This document shows positions 51,122-60,850 of a stretch of DNA of 64,000 nt, in pieces. Source of the stretch: Candidatus Poribacteria bacterium (GTDB taxonomy: Bacteria > Poribacteria > WGA-4E > WGA-3G). The notes beneath the pieces were generated by a model. The model was given only the letters and a program-made list of their open reading frames with translations, was not told the origin of the DNA and did no database searches. Within the stretch, counting starts at the first letter, position 1; each line of letters starts with the position of its first letter. The translations under genes and the position numbers were made by a program. The stretch covers positions 2,016,001-2,080,000 of the forward strand of contig CBDANF010000003.1 in assembly GCA_965197475.1 (NCBI GenBank), read 5' to 3'.

Positions 51122-52083
51122 TCATACGACCACGTTTTTCGGGTTACCTTCTAAAAAAGCGATGATATTATCAACTGCACCTTCATTAAGAAGGTCAACA
51201 CCTTCGGGGGTCATGTCCGCGCAATGCGGCGTTAAAATTACCTGTTTGCATGCCAAAAGTGGATGATCTGCGGGCGGCGGTTCTTGATCATAAACATCAA
51301 TAGCAGCACCGCCGAGGTGTCCGCTATTGAGCGCGTGAACAAGCGCGTCTGTATCAAGTAATGGTCCTCGTGCTACATTAATTAAGAGCGCGTTCGGTTT
51401 CATCAATGTAAGTTCCCGTTCACCGATAAGATGATAACTATCATCTGTTAATTTAACGTGTAGACTCACAACATCGGACATCCGCAGCAAATCTTCAAGG
51501 GACACATATTGAATGCCGAGCTGTTTTGCACGTTCATCAGATGGATGATATGTCCACGCGATAACGTTCATACCGATTGCTTTAGCGAGTCGTGCCATAT
51601 CAGAGCCGATACGCCCTGTGCCGATAATCCCAAGAGTTTTCCCTTGCAGAAAAACACTGTCCATCCGGGGCCATTTTCCCGCTTTCATCACAGAAGTCAT
51701 GAAAGCAGCGCGTTTAGCAAGTGCAAACATTAAACCAAAACTATGTTCCGCAACAACGAGGGCAGTTCTACCGGGTTGATTGTAAACAACAATCCCTCTC
51801 TTTTTCGTCGCATCAAGTGCAATCATATCGGTGCCGATTGAACAGAGTGATATTAGCTTAAGTTTTGGCAGACACTTCAAAACATCTGCTGTCCATTTTA
51901 CCATCCCACGTGAATTAATGAGAATATCAGCGTTTTCAGCACGGCGTATTTTTTCTTCGGCAGTTTCCGGACGATCTGTATATAGCACAACGTCGCCATA
52001 AGGTTTCAGACGTTCAAGATGTGGCGATCCTTGAATTTGGGGTGGTGCATCACCGGGAACAACGATTTTGAGTTGATCCGCAA
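51122..52083 (-). CDS. D-isomer-specific 2-hydroxyacid dehydrogenase
   Basis: GIIGTGRIG, INVARG, DVYDQEP, LTPHCA. Frame extends upstream of 51988 (ADQLKIVVPGDAPP) to an RBS, but the TTG start there is one base out of frame. Confidence 0.88.
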
Positions 52084-52084
52084 A

Positions 52085-53098
52085 TTATTTCCTCTTATTC
52101 TCGGTGGACTTCGTTTGTGAACGTAAATGTGGCACCTTAATATCACCTGCAATAATTTTCGTCTTGAATTCCTCAACTTTTTTCAAAATATCGTCAGACA
52201 ACAATTTTTTGTTATCTTCATCAACAATATATTCAACGCCGCCCTCTTTCAGCCCGTAATTTTTTAATCCACCTGTAAAAGTTCCAGACACCACATTTTC
52301 TATCATCTGATAAACAGACAATTCTACACCTTTAATAATACTCGTGAGTACCTGACCGGGGATCAAGCTGTTTCCATTTGAATCGACCCATATAACGAAT
52401 TTTTTCGTCTGTTTCGCTGCCTCAAGTACACCTAATCCACTTGCACCCGCTGCAGCAAGAATAATATCTACACCTTTATTGTACTGTGCCAGTGCCAATT
52501 CTTTTCCTTTTGCAGGATCATCAAAAGCTTGCGGGGTAACACCGACATAATTGGCAAGCAATTCGATCTCTGGATTGGTTGCCTTAATACCAGCCTCAAA
52601 TCCAATTTCAAATGCTTCAACGAGGGGAATCTTCATGCCACCGACAAACCCCACCTTTTTTGTCTCGGTTTTCAATGCTGCGATAACACCTGCGAGAAAT
52701 GTCCCCTCATGCGCCTTATAAATAAGTGATGCCACGTTGGCAGGTTCGGCGACAGCATCAATTAGTGTGAAGTTTACGTTTTGAAAATCAACTGCAACAC
52801 GGTTCATCGGTTCTCGAAATTGAAAACCGACACCGATGATCAGATCAAACTTTAATTTTGCGAGACGGCGTAACGCTATCTCGGTATCAGCACTTTGTGT
52901 CGGATTAACCTCAGTAAGTTTAATATCCCATTTTTCAGACGCTTTTTTGGCACCTGCATAAGCAGCGTCACAAAAAGAGAGATCACCTCGACCGCGCACA
53001 TCGTAAATTAAACCGACCTTAATTGCTGCAGGAGCAGTTCCTACAATTATGAGCCAAACAATAAGAATAGAAAAAATAAGACACAACTTTTTCTTCAA
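52085..53098 (-). CDS. BMP family (PnrA-like) ABC substrate-binding protein
   Basis: GRGDLSF, EGTFLAGVIAA, VGFVGG, DPAKGKELA, YGLKEGGV; signal peptide. Confidence 0.9.
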   Translation of the reverse strand: MKKKLCLIFSILIVWLIIVGTAPAAIKVGLIYDVRGRGDLSFCDAAYAGAKKASEKWDIKLTEVNPTQSADTEIALRRLAKLKFDLIIGVGFQFREPMNRVAVDFQNVNFTLIDAVAEPANVASLIYKAHEGTFLAGVIAALKTETKKVGFVGGMKIPLVEAFEIGFEAGIKATNPEIELLANYVGVTPQAFDDPAKGKELALAQYNKGVDIILAAAGASGLGVLEAAKQTKKFVIWVDSNGNSLIPGQVLTSIIKGVELSVYQMIENVVSGTFTGGLKNYGLKEGGVEYIVDEDNKKLLSDDILKKVEEFKTKIIAGDIKVPHLRSQTKSTENKRK

Positions 53099-53171
53099 GA
53101 CAATTCCTCCTATTTTGATGATATTATTTTTTGAATATGAATCCAGATTTAAAGTATCAATTGGTTAGTGA

Positions 53172-53279
53172 GATGCAATCTCAAAATATGAATAGATATT
53201 TTCACTAATGTAAGAGGTGCAATGAATTGCGCGACTACAAACATGTAAACGAAATGCGCAGCAATTTTTGAGATGGTAC
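53172..53279. mobile_element. MITE-like element with REP hairpin (family 1, inverted copy)
   Basis: 53208-53238 is the reverse complement of 8787-8817 with one mismatch; ends ATCTCAAAAT / ATTTTTGAGAT. Confidence 0.6.
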
Positions 53280-53527
53280 CTGCACAGAAACGAGATAGAC
53301 ATGAAAACGCATAGGTGAGAAAAATATATCGAATGTTTTACAAGGTTATAGAGATATTAAAAAAATGAAACAAATCGGTGAAAAATAGTTTTAATTAGAA
53401 TACACCATCGCGAGCACAAATGCAACATTTTTCGTCTCAAGAACGGCTCGGGCAAATTTCGTAATCGGCAAGAGCCAAAAATAGAGATGGTGAAAATAAC
53501 ATGATGCGAAGTGTAACTGTACAGGCA

Positions 53528-53563
53528 TTTAATGACGTATTGTACGTGCAATACGTCATTAAA
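53528..53563. promoter_or_regulatory. 15-6-15 palindrome, candidate tyrosine-recombinase (dif/lox-like) site
   Basis: TTTAATGACGTATTG-TACGTG-CAATACGTCATTAAA with perfect arms, 63 bp upstream of the recombinase ATG. The function is inferred. Confidence 0.6.
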
Positions 53564-53626
53564 ATGTTGACGCTGATAACGAAGCATGATACAATTAAAA
53601 TCGTCAAATTTTTATGGGGAGCTTAA

Positions 53627-54238
53627 ATGACGAAACCGAAAAGAAGAAAAACACAACAACCCCGAGTACTCGATGAATTACAACAGAGAATCCTTTTAGA
53701 GGCACTCAATAATAGAGAACGCGACAGGATGCTCGTACTCTTTTGCCTCCGAACAGGACTTCGAAACGCTGAAGCATGCGGCATGAATATCGGGGATGTG
53801 CTCAAATTTGGAAGCATTGTTACTACGTTAGAAGTGCGATCAGAAATTGCAAAAAATAAGGTTTCAAGAAGGATACCGCTCGTTAACGACGTAAGAGATG
53901 CACTCCACGATTTCTTGCTGTGGAAATTAGAACGAGGAGAAAAAAATGAATTGGAGAGTCCGCTGTTCTGCACACTTCGCACAAAAAACCGTCTGGCACC
54001 CCGAGACTTTCAGCGTATCATGGAAGCAGCGTCCGCAAACCTTGGGCTTAGGTTCACACCGCACGATTTACGCCATACCTTCGGCACAGAACTCTATCAC
54101 GCAACACATGATTTAGAATCGGTGCGCATTGCATTAGGACATACAAGTTTAGATGCAACACTTATCTATATGCATACTAGTCCTGATATATTGCGGCAGC
54201 GGTTTGAGACTGCGTTCGGTGGGCAAGCACAAGGCTAA
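53627..54238 (+). CDS. Tyrosine recombinase, catalytic domain only (203 aa)
   Basis: TGLRNAE (R), IAKNK (K), HDLRHTF (HxxR), LGH (H) and TLIY (Y) are all intact; no N-terminal core-binding domain. Confidence 0.92.
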   Translation: MTKPKRRKTQQPRVLDELQQRILLEALNNRERDRMLVLFCLRTGLRNAEACGMNIGDVLKFGSIVTTLEVRSEIAKNKVSRRIPLVNDVRDALHDFLLWKLERGEKNELESPLFCTLRTKNRLAPRDFQRIMEAASANLGLRFTPHDLRHTFGTELYHATHDLESVRIALGHTSLDATLIYMHTSPDILRQRFETAFGGQAQG

Positions 54239-54509
54239 AAATAAAATTGGATCTGCACATTGATATGTAAAATTTGCCTGTATAGGTAAAAGCATATATA
54301 ATATATCAGATTTAAGAAAAAAATGCGTTATACGCCAACGTGAGTATTAATTTTTAATCAAATTTAAGAAATTTTCCCATCCGAACAATTTAACTTCCCA
54401 ATTGCCAAATTTTCGCGGCTTTCTCATTTCCTCAATTTGTCTCGCAAAATGGGACTGAAACGGGAACACGGTTTAAGGTTGACTTTTTTTCACTTAGGGC
54501 GTATCCTAT

Positions 54510-54668
54510 TATAGTAGATTTTAGAATTACTTGGACATTGTTATCGGTCCAGTTGGGAAACAGTTCCTACCGCATATTTTGTAGCACAAACTTTTAGTTT
54601 GTGTCGTCCTTGCGCAAACTGAAAGTGGACGCTACAGCAGTGTCCAGATAATTACAGATTTTACTATA
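54510..54668. mobile_element. 159-bp MITE-like element with two REP-like hairpins (family 3)
   Basis: About 28-bp imperfect TIR TATAGTAGATTTTAGAATTACTTGGACA / TGTCCAGATAATTACAGATTTTACTATA; internal CGGTCCAGTTGGGAAACAGTTCCTACCG and GTAGCACAAACT...GCTAC. Confidence 0.75.
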
Positions 54669-54711
54669 ACATGATTCCTCCAGTTCATAATGCTAATGGT
54701 AGAGGTGAAAA

Positions 54712-56157
54712 ATGGCATATTCCAGTCTCAGAGATTTTGTGAAGGCACTTGATCGAGCAGGTGAGCTTAAACGCATAAAAACAAAGGTATCGCCCGATCT
54801 CGAAATAAGTGAGATCACCGACCGCGTTAGCAAAGCTGGCGGTCCCGCGCTGCTTTTCGAAAACGTTGAAGGCAGTGAGATGCCGTTGCTAATCAATACC
54901 TACGGTTCTTATTCACGAATGGCGATGGCACTCGGTGTAGATGACCTTTCACGAATTGCCTACGAAATTGAAGGGATGATTAAAATCGGACCGCCCGAGT
55001 CACTTCTGGATAAGGTTAAAATCCTCCGAATTCTATCACAGCTAACCAACTTCCCACCGAAAACTGTCAAGCGCGGCGCGTCTCAAGAGGTTGTCTTAAC
55101 AGGCGAAAACGCATCGTTGGATAGGCTACCGTTGATCAAATGCTGGCCGATGGATGCCGACAGATATATTACATTACCACAAGTATTTACCCACAGTTTG
55201 AAAACTGGTCAACGGAACGTTGGCACCTATCGGTTGCAGAAACTCAATCCTTATGCGTTAGCCATGCATTGGCAGATTCATCACGATGGCGCAGCACACC
55301 ACCGGGAATATAAACAGGCAGGTGAACAGATGTCAGTAGCGATTGCTATTGGCGGGGACCCGATTATGTCCTATATCGGGACCGCACCCCTTCCATCAGG
55401 AATCGATGAACTTCTGTTCGCTGGATTCCTCCGAAAATCCAATGTTGAGATGGTAGCTGCAAAAACGATTGATATGATGGTGCCTGCCGAAGCAGATATT
55501 GTCATTGAAGGCTTTATTGAACCTGATGAAACCTGTATTGAAGGACCGTTTGGTGACCATACGGGTTTCTATTCTATGCCAGATGAATACCCTGTTTTCC
55601 GTATCTCTGCCATTACACACCGAAAAGACCCCATTTACCAGACCATCATTGTAGGCAAACCGCCGATGGAAGATTGCTATATGGGTAAAGCCACCGAACG
55701 TATCTTTATGCCGCTGATTAAAACACAACTTCCTGAACTCGTGGATATGAACCTACCACTATTTGGTGTGTTTCACAACTTTGCCCTGATTTCAATAGAT
55801 AAACGCTATCCGTTCCAAGCTAAAAAGATTATGCACAGTTTTTGGGGACTCGGACAACTGATGTTCAGCAAAATTATTATCGTTGTTGATAAAGACGTTG
55901 ATGTACAAAACGTAGAGGAGGTCCTTTTCTATGTCGGGAGCAATGTTGACCCGAAACGGGATGTAACGATCATTGAAGGTCCTGTTGATGTGCTTGATCA
56001 CGCCGCACCCCTTATTGGTGCTGGATCAAAGATGGGTATTGATGCGACAACAAAGTGGCCAGAAGAAGGCTACCATCGGGAATGGCCCCCAGAAATTCAG
56101 ATGTCTAACGAAATTATTGAGTTAGTCAATGAGCGGTGGAAAAAATACGGCTTGTAA
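54712..56157 (+). CDS. UbiD-family decarboxylase (menaquinone-biosynthesis type)
   Basis: GPALLFENV, RNVGTYR, MHWQIHHDG, EGPFGDHTGFY, GKPPMED, KMGIDAT. Confidence 0.92.
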   Translation: MAYSSLRDFVKALDRAGELKRIKTKVSPDLEISEITDRVSKAGGPALLFENVEGSEMPLLINTYGSYSRMAMALGVDDLSRIAYEIEGMIKIGPPESLLDKVKILRILSQLTNFPPKTVKRGASQEVVLTGENASLDRLPLIKCWPMDADRYITLPQVFTHSLKTGQRNVGTYRLQKLNPYALAMHWQIHHDGAAHHREYKQAGEQMSVAIAIGGDPIMSYIGTAPLPSGIDELLFAGFLRKSNVEMVAAKTIDMMVPAEADIVIEGFIEPDETCIEGPFGDHTGFYSMPDEYPVFRISAITHRKDPIYQTIIVGKPPMEDCYMGKATERIFMPLIKTQLPELVDMNLPLFGVFHNFALISIDKRYPFQAKKIMHSFWGLGQLMFSKIIIVVDKDVDVQNVEEVLFYVGSNVDPKRDVTIIEGPVDVLDHAAPLIGAGSKMGIDATTKWPEEGYHREWPPEIQMSNEIIELVNERWKKYGL

Positions 56158-56225
56158 ACAAAATTGTAGTTTCTGTAGTTATAAAATTTATATTTCAGTG
56201 CATGCAATGTTCAGGGAGATAAAAA

Positions 56226-57299
56226 ATGGCAGAAACAATTTACGACGTTACCGTAATTGGTGCCGGACCAGCCGGGACACAAGCAGCGGTTTCCGCAAGC
56301 CATCAGATGCGCCATGTGCTGGTGCTACATTCTGGCAAGGTTAGTTTTAGCCGGGGCAGAGCGTATTGGTCAAAGTCTGTTGAAATTGAGGATGCCCCGG
56401 TTTTCCCTGGCATTATCGGTCCACACTTCGCCAAAGAACTGATGAAGTGGATGGAAAGCCGACCTGTCATAGAGTTTATGCTGGGTGAAGAATACCGAAA
56501 GACAGGAATTGATGTCAGAAATGGACTCGTAACCCGACTGACCCGAAACAACGGTATTTTTGAATTAGGAGCCTCAACTTCAGTTATCAAGAAAGACAAA
56601 CCACTGCAGATGGAAAAATACAAATCCCGTACAGTCGTCGTAGCTGTGGGGTTTGATGATAAGTGGCCCGATATTGAGTTTCAAGCTGATGCGGAGCGGT
56701 TGTATAAACAGTACGCGACTGTGTTTCGTTATGCTGGCAATCGAAAAGGGTGGCACGTCTGTATCCGCTGCGATGGGCATTTGCACGTGAATGAACACCT
56801 CGCGCTCCTCGGCGTGGGGGACTATATTTATGAAGCAGCCCATGGCGCACAAGATTTCACTGACAAAATCACTATCCTAACAAATGGCCGTCCTCACGGG
56901 ATGTCACCCCCAATTCTGAAACAGATTAAAGAGAGAAACATTCAGATCATTGAGACAAAGATTAAGCGGCATATCGGTGAAAAAACCGATCTACTCGGTT
57001 TTGAAATGGTTGATGGAACGGAGTTATATTTCCACGGCTTCCTCGTTGACGAAGGCTTAATCCCAAATACCAAGTTTTTGGACGGATGGGACTACCAAAA
57101 AGATGAGGAGGGATTAATTATTGCCAACGAAGACATGCAGATGCTGGACAACAACGGTGAACCTATTCCCGGTCTTTTTGCTGCTGGAGACATCATATCT
57201 GGGGAGCGAAACCTTATAGCAACTGCGTTCGCGCTCGGTCAAGAAGCTGGCTTATCCGCGTCCGATTCATTGCGAAAGTGGTGTTATCCAAAAACTTGA
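56226..57299 (+). CDS. Thioredoxin-reductase-like FAD-dependent oxidoreductase
   Basis: VIGAGPAG, CIRCDG (CxxC), PGLFAAGD. Confidence 0.82.
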   Translation: MAETIYDVTVIGAGPAGTQAAVSASHQMRHVLVLHSGKVSFSRGRAYWSKSVEIEDAPVFPGIIGPHFAKELMKWMESRPVIEFMLGEEYRKTGIDVRNGLVTRLTRNNGIFELGASTSVIKKDKPLQMEKYKSRTVVVAVGFDDKWPDIEFQADAERLYKQYATVFRYAGNRKGWHVCIRCDGHLHVNEHLALLGVGDYIYEAAHGAQDFTDKITILTNGRPHGMSPPILKQIKERNIQIIETKIKRHIGEKTDLLGFEMVDGTELYFHGFLVDEGLIPNTKFLDGWDYQKDEEGLIIANEDMQMLDNNGEPIPGLFAAGDIISGERNLIATAFALGQEAGLSASDSLRKWCYPKT

Positions 57300-57392
57300 T
57301 TAATGAAATAGTATGCAAGTTTTTTCGTTTTAATTTATAGTGTAGAAGTATACTTGTTTTAAATTTCGCTATAAAATCATAAGGAACATTTT

Positions 57393-60221
57393 ATGACACC
57401 AAACGAAAATACAAAAACGCTCTATATTATTGACACACTCGCTGAGATTTTTCGATCGTTTTATGCCATACAAACCCGATTAGTTAGTTCCGTCACTGGC
57501 GAACCTACCAACGCTATCTACGGTTTTACCGGAACACTGATCAAACTATTATCTGACTATAAAGCACAGTATATTGTCGCTGCGATTGATATGCCTGGCG
57601 ATACCTTCCGAAATGAACTTTACCCCGACTACAAAGGGCACCGCAGGACTCCACCGGACGACCTTGTTACACAGATTCCCCGCATTCAACAATTAATTGA
57701 AACTTTTGGTATTCCTGTCTTAGGCAAGCCTGATCTGGAAGCAGATGATATTATTGCCTCTGTCACACAATTTATACTCGATTCGCCAACAACACAAGAT
57801 GTGCACGTTTGCATCATTTCTAAAGACAAAGACCTTGAGCAATTACTATGCGACCGAGTTACGATGTTTGATATCCGTAACGAAAAAACGATTGATGTTG
57901 CAGCACTATGGGAAAATAAAGGGATTACACCGGACCAAGTCATTGATACCCTCACATTGATGGGGGATACTTCCGACAATGTGCCGGGTGTTGAAGGAAT
58001 CGGTTTGAAAACTGCCGCCAAGTTGATTCAAGAGTTTGGATCACTTGAGAACATCTACGCGAATATAGACCAGGTTAAGGGCAAACGGCGTGAGAATTTA
58101 GAGAAAGCACAAGAATATATTTCCCTTTCCCAACAACTTGTCACACTTAAGCGGGATACTCACTTGGATTTCTCGCTGGAACAAGCACGTATCAAACCGC
58201 CTGACCTCAGCAAAATCACCCCTTTGTTTGAGCAACTTGAACTCAAACGTTTCCAAAAACCTGTTGCTGAACTTGCCTCAGGAAGCACAGTATCCGATCA
58301 GGTCAAAACTGAGGTGAAAACGACAAGAAAAGAACGATTGGATGTGATGGAGCAGCAGAAAGAAGCTATTTTGGAAGAGGGAAATTACACGACTGCAGAT
58401 TCTGGGGATTATATCGCAATTACTACGGAAGCGCAATTAACATCCCTTGTTGAAACACTTTCAACACAACCGATTATCGCTGTAGATACCGAAACAAACG
58501 GCTTATATAGAAATTCCGCCTTGTGTGGTATTAGTTTCTCATGGAAACCGCAGCAGGGTGTCTATGTGCCTATACGATCCTCGAATCCTGAAAACCACTT
58601 AGATCAGGAAACAGCCCTTTCAAAACTCAAACCGATTTTGGAAAACCCCGAATTGCCAAAATGTGGACACAATCTGAAATTTGATGCCAGCATCTTCATT
58701 CGTCACGGGGTTCAACTACAAGGCGTTGTTTTTGATACAATGTTGGCAAGCCAACTTGTTGACCCAAGGCAACCCTCACATAATTTGGATAATCTCGCCC
58801 TACTTCACTTAAACCACAAGATGATTCCGCTGACAGACTTGCTTGGTGAAGACAAAGATTCCACATCAATTGATAAAATTCCTTTTGAAGAGGTGACAAA
58901 ATACGCTTCAGAGGATACGGACATCGTCCTTCAACTCTATCATTTTTTCAAACCGAAACTTGAGGAAACCGAAACTACCGAATTGGTCAGAGATATAGAA
59001 TCCCCACTTGCACCTATACTGGCACTCATGGAGTTTAACGGTATCGTGTGTGACACAGAGGAGTTGGAAAAGCAAAGTGATGTGATTGACCGCCTCGTTG
59101 ATGAACGCGAAAAAGAGATACACCAGATAATGGGATATTCATTTAACATCGGTTCCCCCACCCAACTTGCAGACATTTTATTTGATGAAATCGGTTTCAA
59201 ACCCGTCAGACGCACCAAAAGCGGTAAACGTTCAACAGATGTGAATGTCCTCGAAACACTTGCACTGCAAGAGGACGTAAACGATCCGAAAACAACTTTA
59301 CCACGCTTAATCGTTGAGTATCGCCAATACCGAAATCTTCAAAGCACCTATCTTGGGCAGCTGCGACACTCTGTTCACGAGGAAACAAATCGTATTCATA
59401 CACATCTCTATCAACTGACCACGGCAACCGGACGTTTAAAATCTGACGGACCAAATCTTCAGAATATTCCTGTCCGATCAGAAATCGGACGTCAGTTACG
59501 GCGCGCATTCATAGCACCGGAAGGTTATAAGTTGATCTGTGCAGATTATTCGCAAATTGAACTTCGTGTACTTGCCCATTTCAGTGAAGATTCTAAACTG
59601 GTTGAGATATTCACCAATAATTTGGATATCCATACATCGGTTGCGGCAGAAGTTTTTAAGGTGCCACCAGAAGAAGTTTCCCGAGAACTCAGAGACAAAG
59701 CAAAAATCGTAAATTTTGGTATCATTTACGGTGTTTCGCCCTCAGGATTAGCACGTCGGATTCAGGGTATGAGTGTAAGCGAGGCACGGAATTTGATTTC
59801 AGATTATAAAGAACGTTTTCCGGGTATCAACACATTTTTCCAAGGATGCATTCAACAAGCGTTAGACCAAGGTTACGTCTCTACGTTAACAGGTCGACGG
59901 CGTGCTATTCCAGAGATATTTGAACCCTCTCAGAGTAGGCAAAGTCTGGGGGAACGGTTGGCTATTAACACCGTTATTCAAGGCACCGCAGCTGATCTGA
60001 TAAAAGCTGCGATGGTTAAAGTTCAACACAGAATTGACCGCGATCAGTTGCCTTTAAATCTGTTATTACAAATTCATGATGAACTTGTGCTTGAAACACC
60101 TATTGAATTGGTAGAAACACATGCTGCGATTGTCTCGGAAGAGATGGAAAACGCCATGTCTCTAAGCGTACCTCTTCGTACAGAAACAGGTATCGGGGAT
60201 AATTGGATGGAAGCGAAATAA
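57393..60221 (+). CDS. polA: DNA polymerase I
   Basis: 5'-3' exonuclease (EADDII, MGDTSDNVPGV), 3'-5' exonuclease (DTET), polymerase motifs DYSQIELR, KIVNFGIIYG, QIHDEL. Confidence 0.97.
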   Translation: MTPNENTKTLYIIDTLAEIFRSFYAIQTRLVSSVTGEPTNAIYGFTGTLIKLLSDYKAQYIVAAIDMPGDTFRNELYPDYKGHRRTPPDDLVTQIPRIQQLIETFGIPVLGKPDLEADDIIASVTQFILDSPTTQDVHVCIISKDKDLEQLLCDRVTMFDIRNEKTIDVAALWENKGITPDQVIDTLTLMGDTSDNVPGVEGIGLKTAAKLIQEFGSLENIYANIDQVKGKRRENLEKAQEYISLSQQLVTLKRDTHLDFSLEQARIKPPDLSKITPLFEQLELKRFQKPVAELASGSTVSDQVKTEVKTTRKERLDVMEQQKEAILEEGNYTTADSGDYIAITTEAQLTSLVETLSTQPIIAVDTETNGLYRNSALCGISFSWKPQQGVYVPIRSSNPENHLDQETALSKLKPILENPELPKCGHNLKFDASIFIRHGVQLQGVVFDTMLASQLVDPRQPSHNLDNLALLHLNHKMIPLTDLLGEDKDSTSIDKIPFEEVTKYASEDTDIVLQLYHFFKPKLEETETTELVRDIESPLAPILALMEFNGIVCDTEELEKQSDVIDRLVDEREKEIHQIMGYSFNIGSPTQLADILFDEIGFKPVRRTKSGKRSTDVNVLETLALQEDVNDPKTTLPRLIVEYRQYRNLQSTYLGQLRHSVHEETNRIHTHLYQLTTATGRLKSDGPNLQNIPVRSEIGRQLRRAFIAPEGYKLICADYSQIELRVLAHFSEDSKLVEIFTNNLDIHTSVAAEVFKVPPEEVSRELRDKAKIVNFGIIYGVSPSGLARRIQGMSVSEARNLISDYKERFPGINTFFQGCIQQALDQGYVSTLTGRRRAIPEIFEPSQSRQSLGERLAINTVIQGTAADLIKAAMVKVQHRIDRDQLPLNLLLQIHDELVLETPIELVETHAAIVSEEMENAMSLSVPLRTETGIGDNWMEAK

Positions 60222-60241
60222 TTAGAAATAGTAAATCAAAT

Positions 60242-60270
60242 TTGACAATTTTATTAATTTGTAGTATCAT
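60242..60270 (+). promoter_or_regulatory. Sigma-70-type promoter for the RRM gene
   Basis: TTGACA-N17-TATCAT. Confidence 0.65.
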
Positions 60271-60508
60271 GTTAATGTTTGGGAAATGTGATGGTGTCTG
60301 CGAATTAAATTATGTGTAGTATTTTGACAGTTTTACGGTTTGGAACCAGAAGCATGCTTGTAGATTGTGAAGCGGCTTCCGAATAGATTGATAAGAATCC
60401 CGAGTCCATTTTTGCCAATCTTGGCTTACTGCCAAATGCCTTAGAACATGCTGACAGTACTCAGTTTTCTCACATTCCCGTTATTTCAATTTCAAAAGGA
60501 GAAACGAG

Positions 60509-60796
60509 ATGAACATCTACGTTGGCAATGTGCCCTATGCAGCCACAGAAACAGACTTAGAAGAACTCTTTGAGCCACACGGACCACTTACCTCGGTAAC
60601 AATTATCCGTGACCGTTATGATGGCCGTTCCAAAGGGTATGGGTTTGTTGAGATGGAAAATCAAGAAGATGGTGAACGCGCGATTGAAGCACTTGATGGT
60701 CAAGATATTATGGGACGCCCGTTGAAAGTCAATCCCGCACGTCCACGTGAACGACGCTCTACCCCCCGTTACCAAAACCGCTACGAAGAAGAGTAA
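60509..60796 (+). CDS. RRM-domain RNA-binding protein
   Basis: RNP2 IYVGNV, RNP1 KGYGFVEM, GRPLKVNPARPR; AAGGAG RBS. Confidence 0.95.
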   Translation: MNIYVGNVPYAATETDLEELFEPHGPLTSVTIIRDRYDGRSKGYGFVEMENQEDGERAIEALDGQDIMGRPLKVNPARPRERRSTPRYQNRYEEE

Positions 60797-60850
60797 TCAC
60801 ACCCGTGAGGCAGACCTCACAATTTTTTAGATCACCTTTAGCGGAATAAT

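Noticed and set aside
53528-53563. Palindrome as parS, terminator or hairpin-telomere assembly junction
   Set aside because: Does not match the parS consensus, is AT-rich and not placed after a gene end, and the flanks are not mirror images.
54285-54315. AT-rich GCATATATAATATATC stretch as a canonical dif site
   Set aside because: Lacks the conserved XerD arm TTATGTTAAA.
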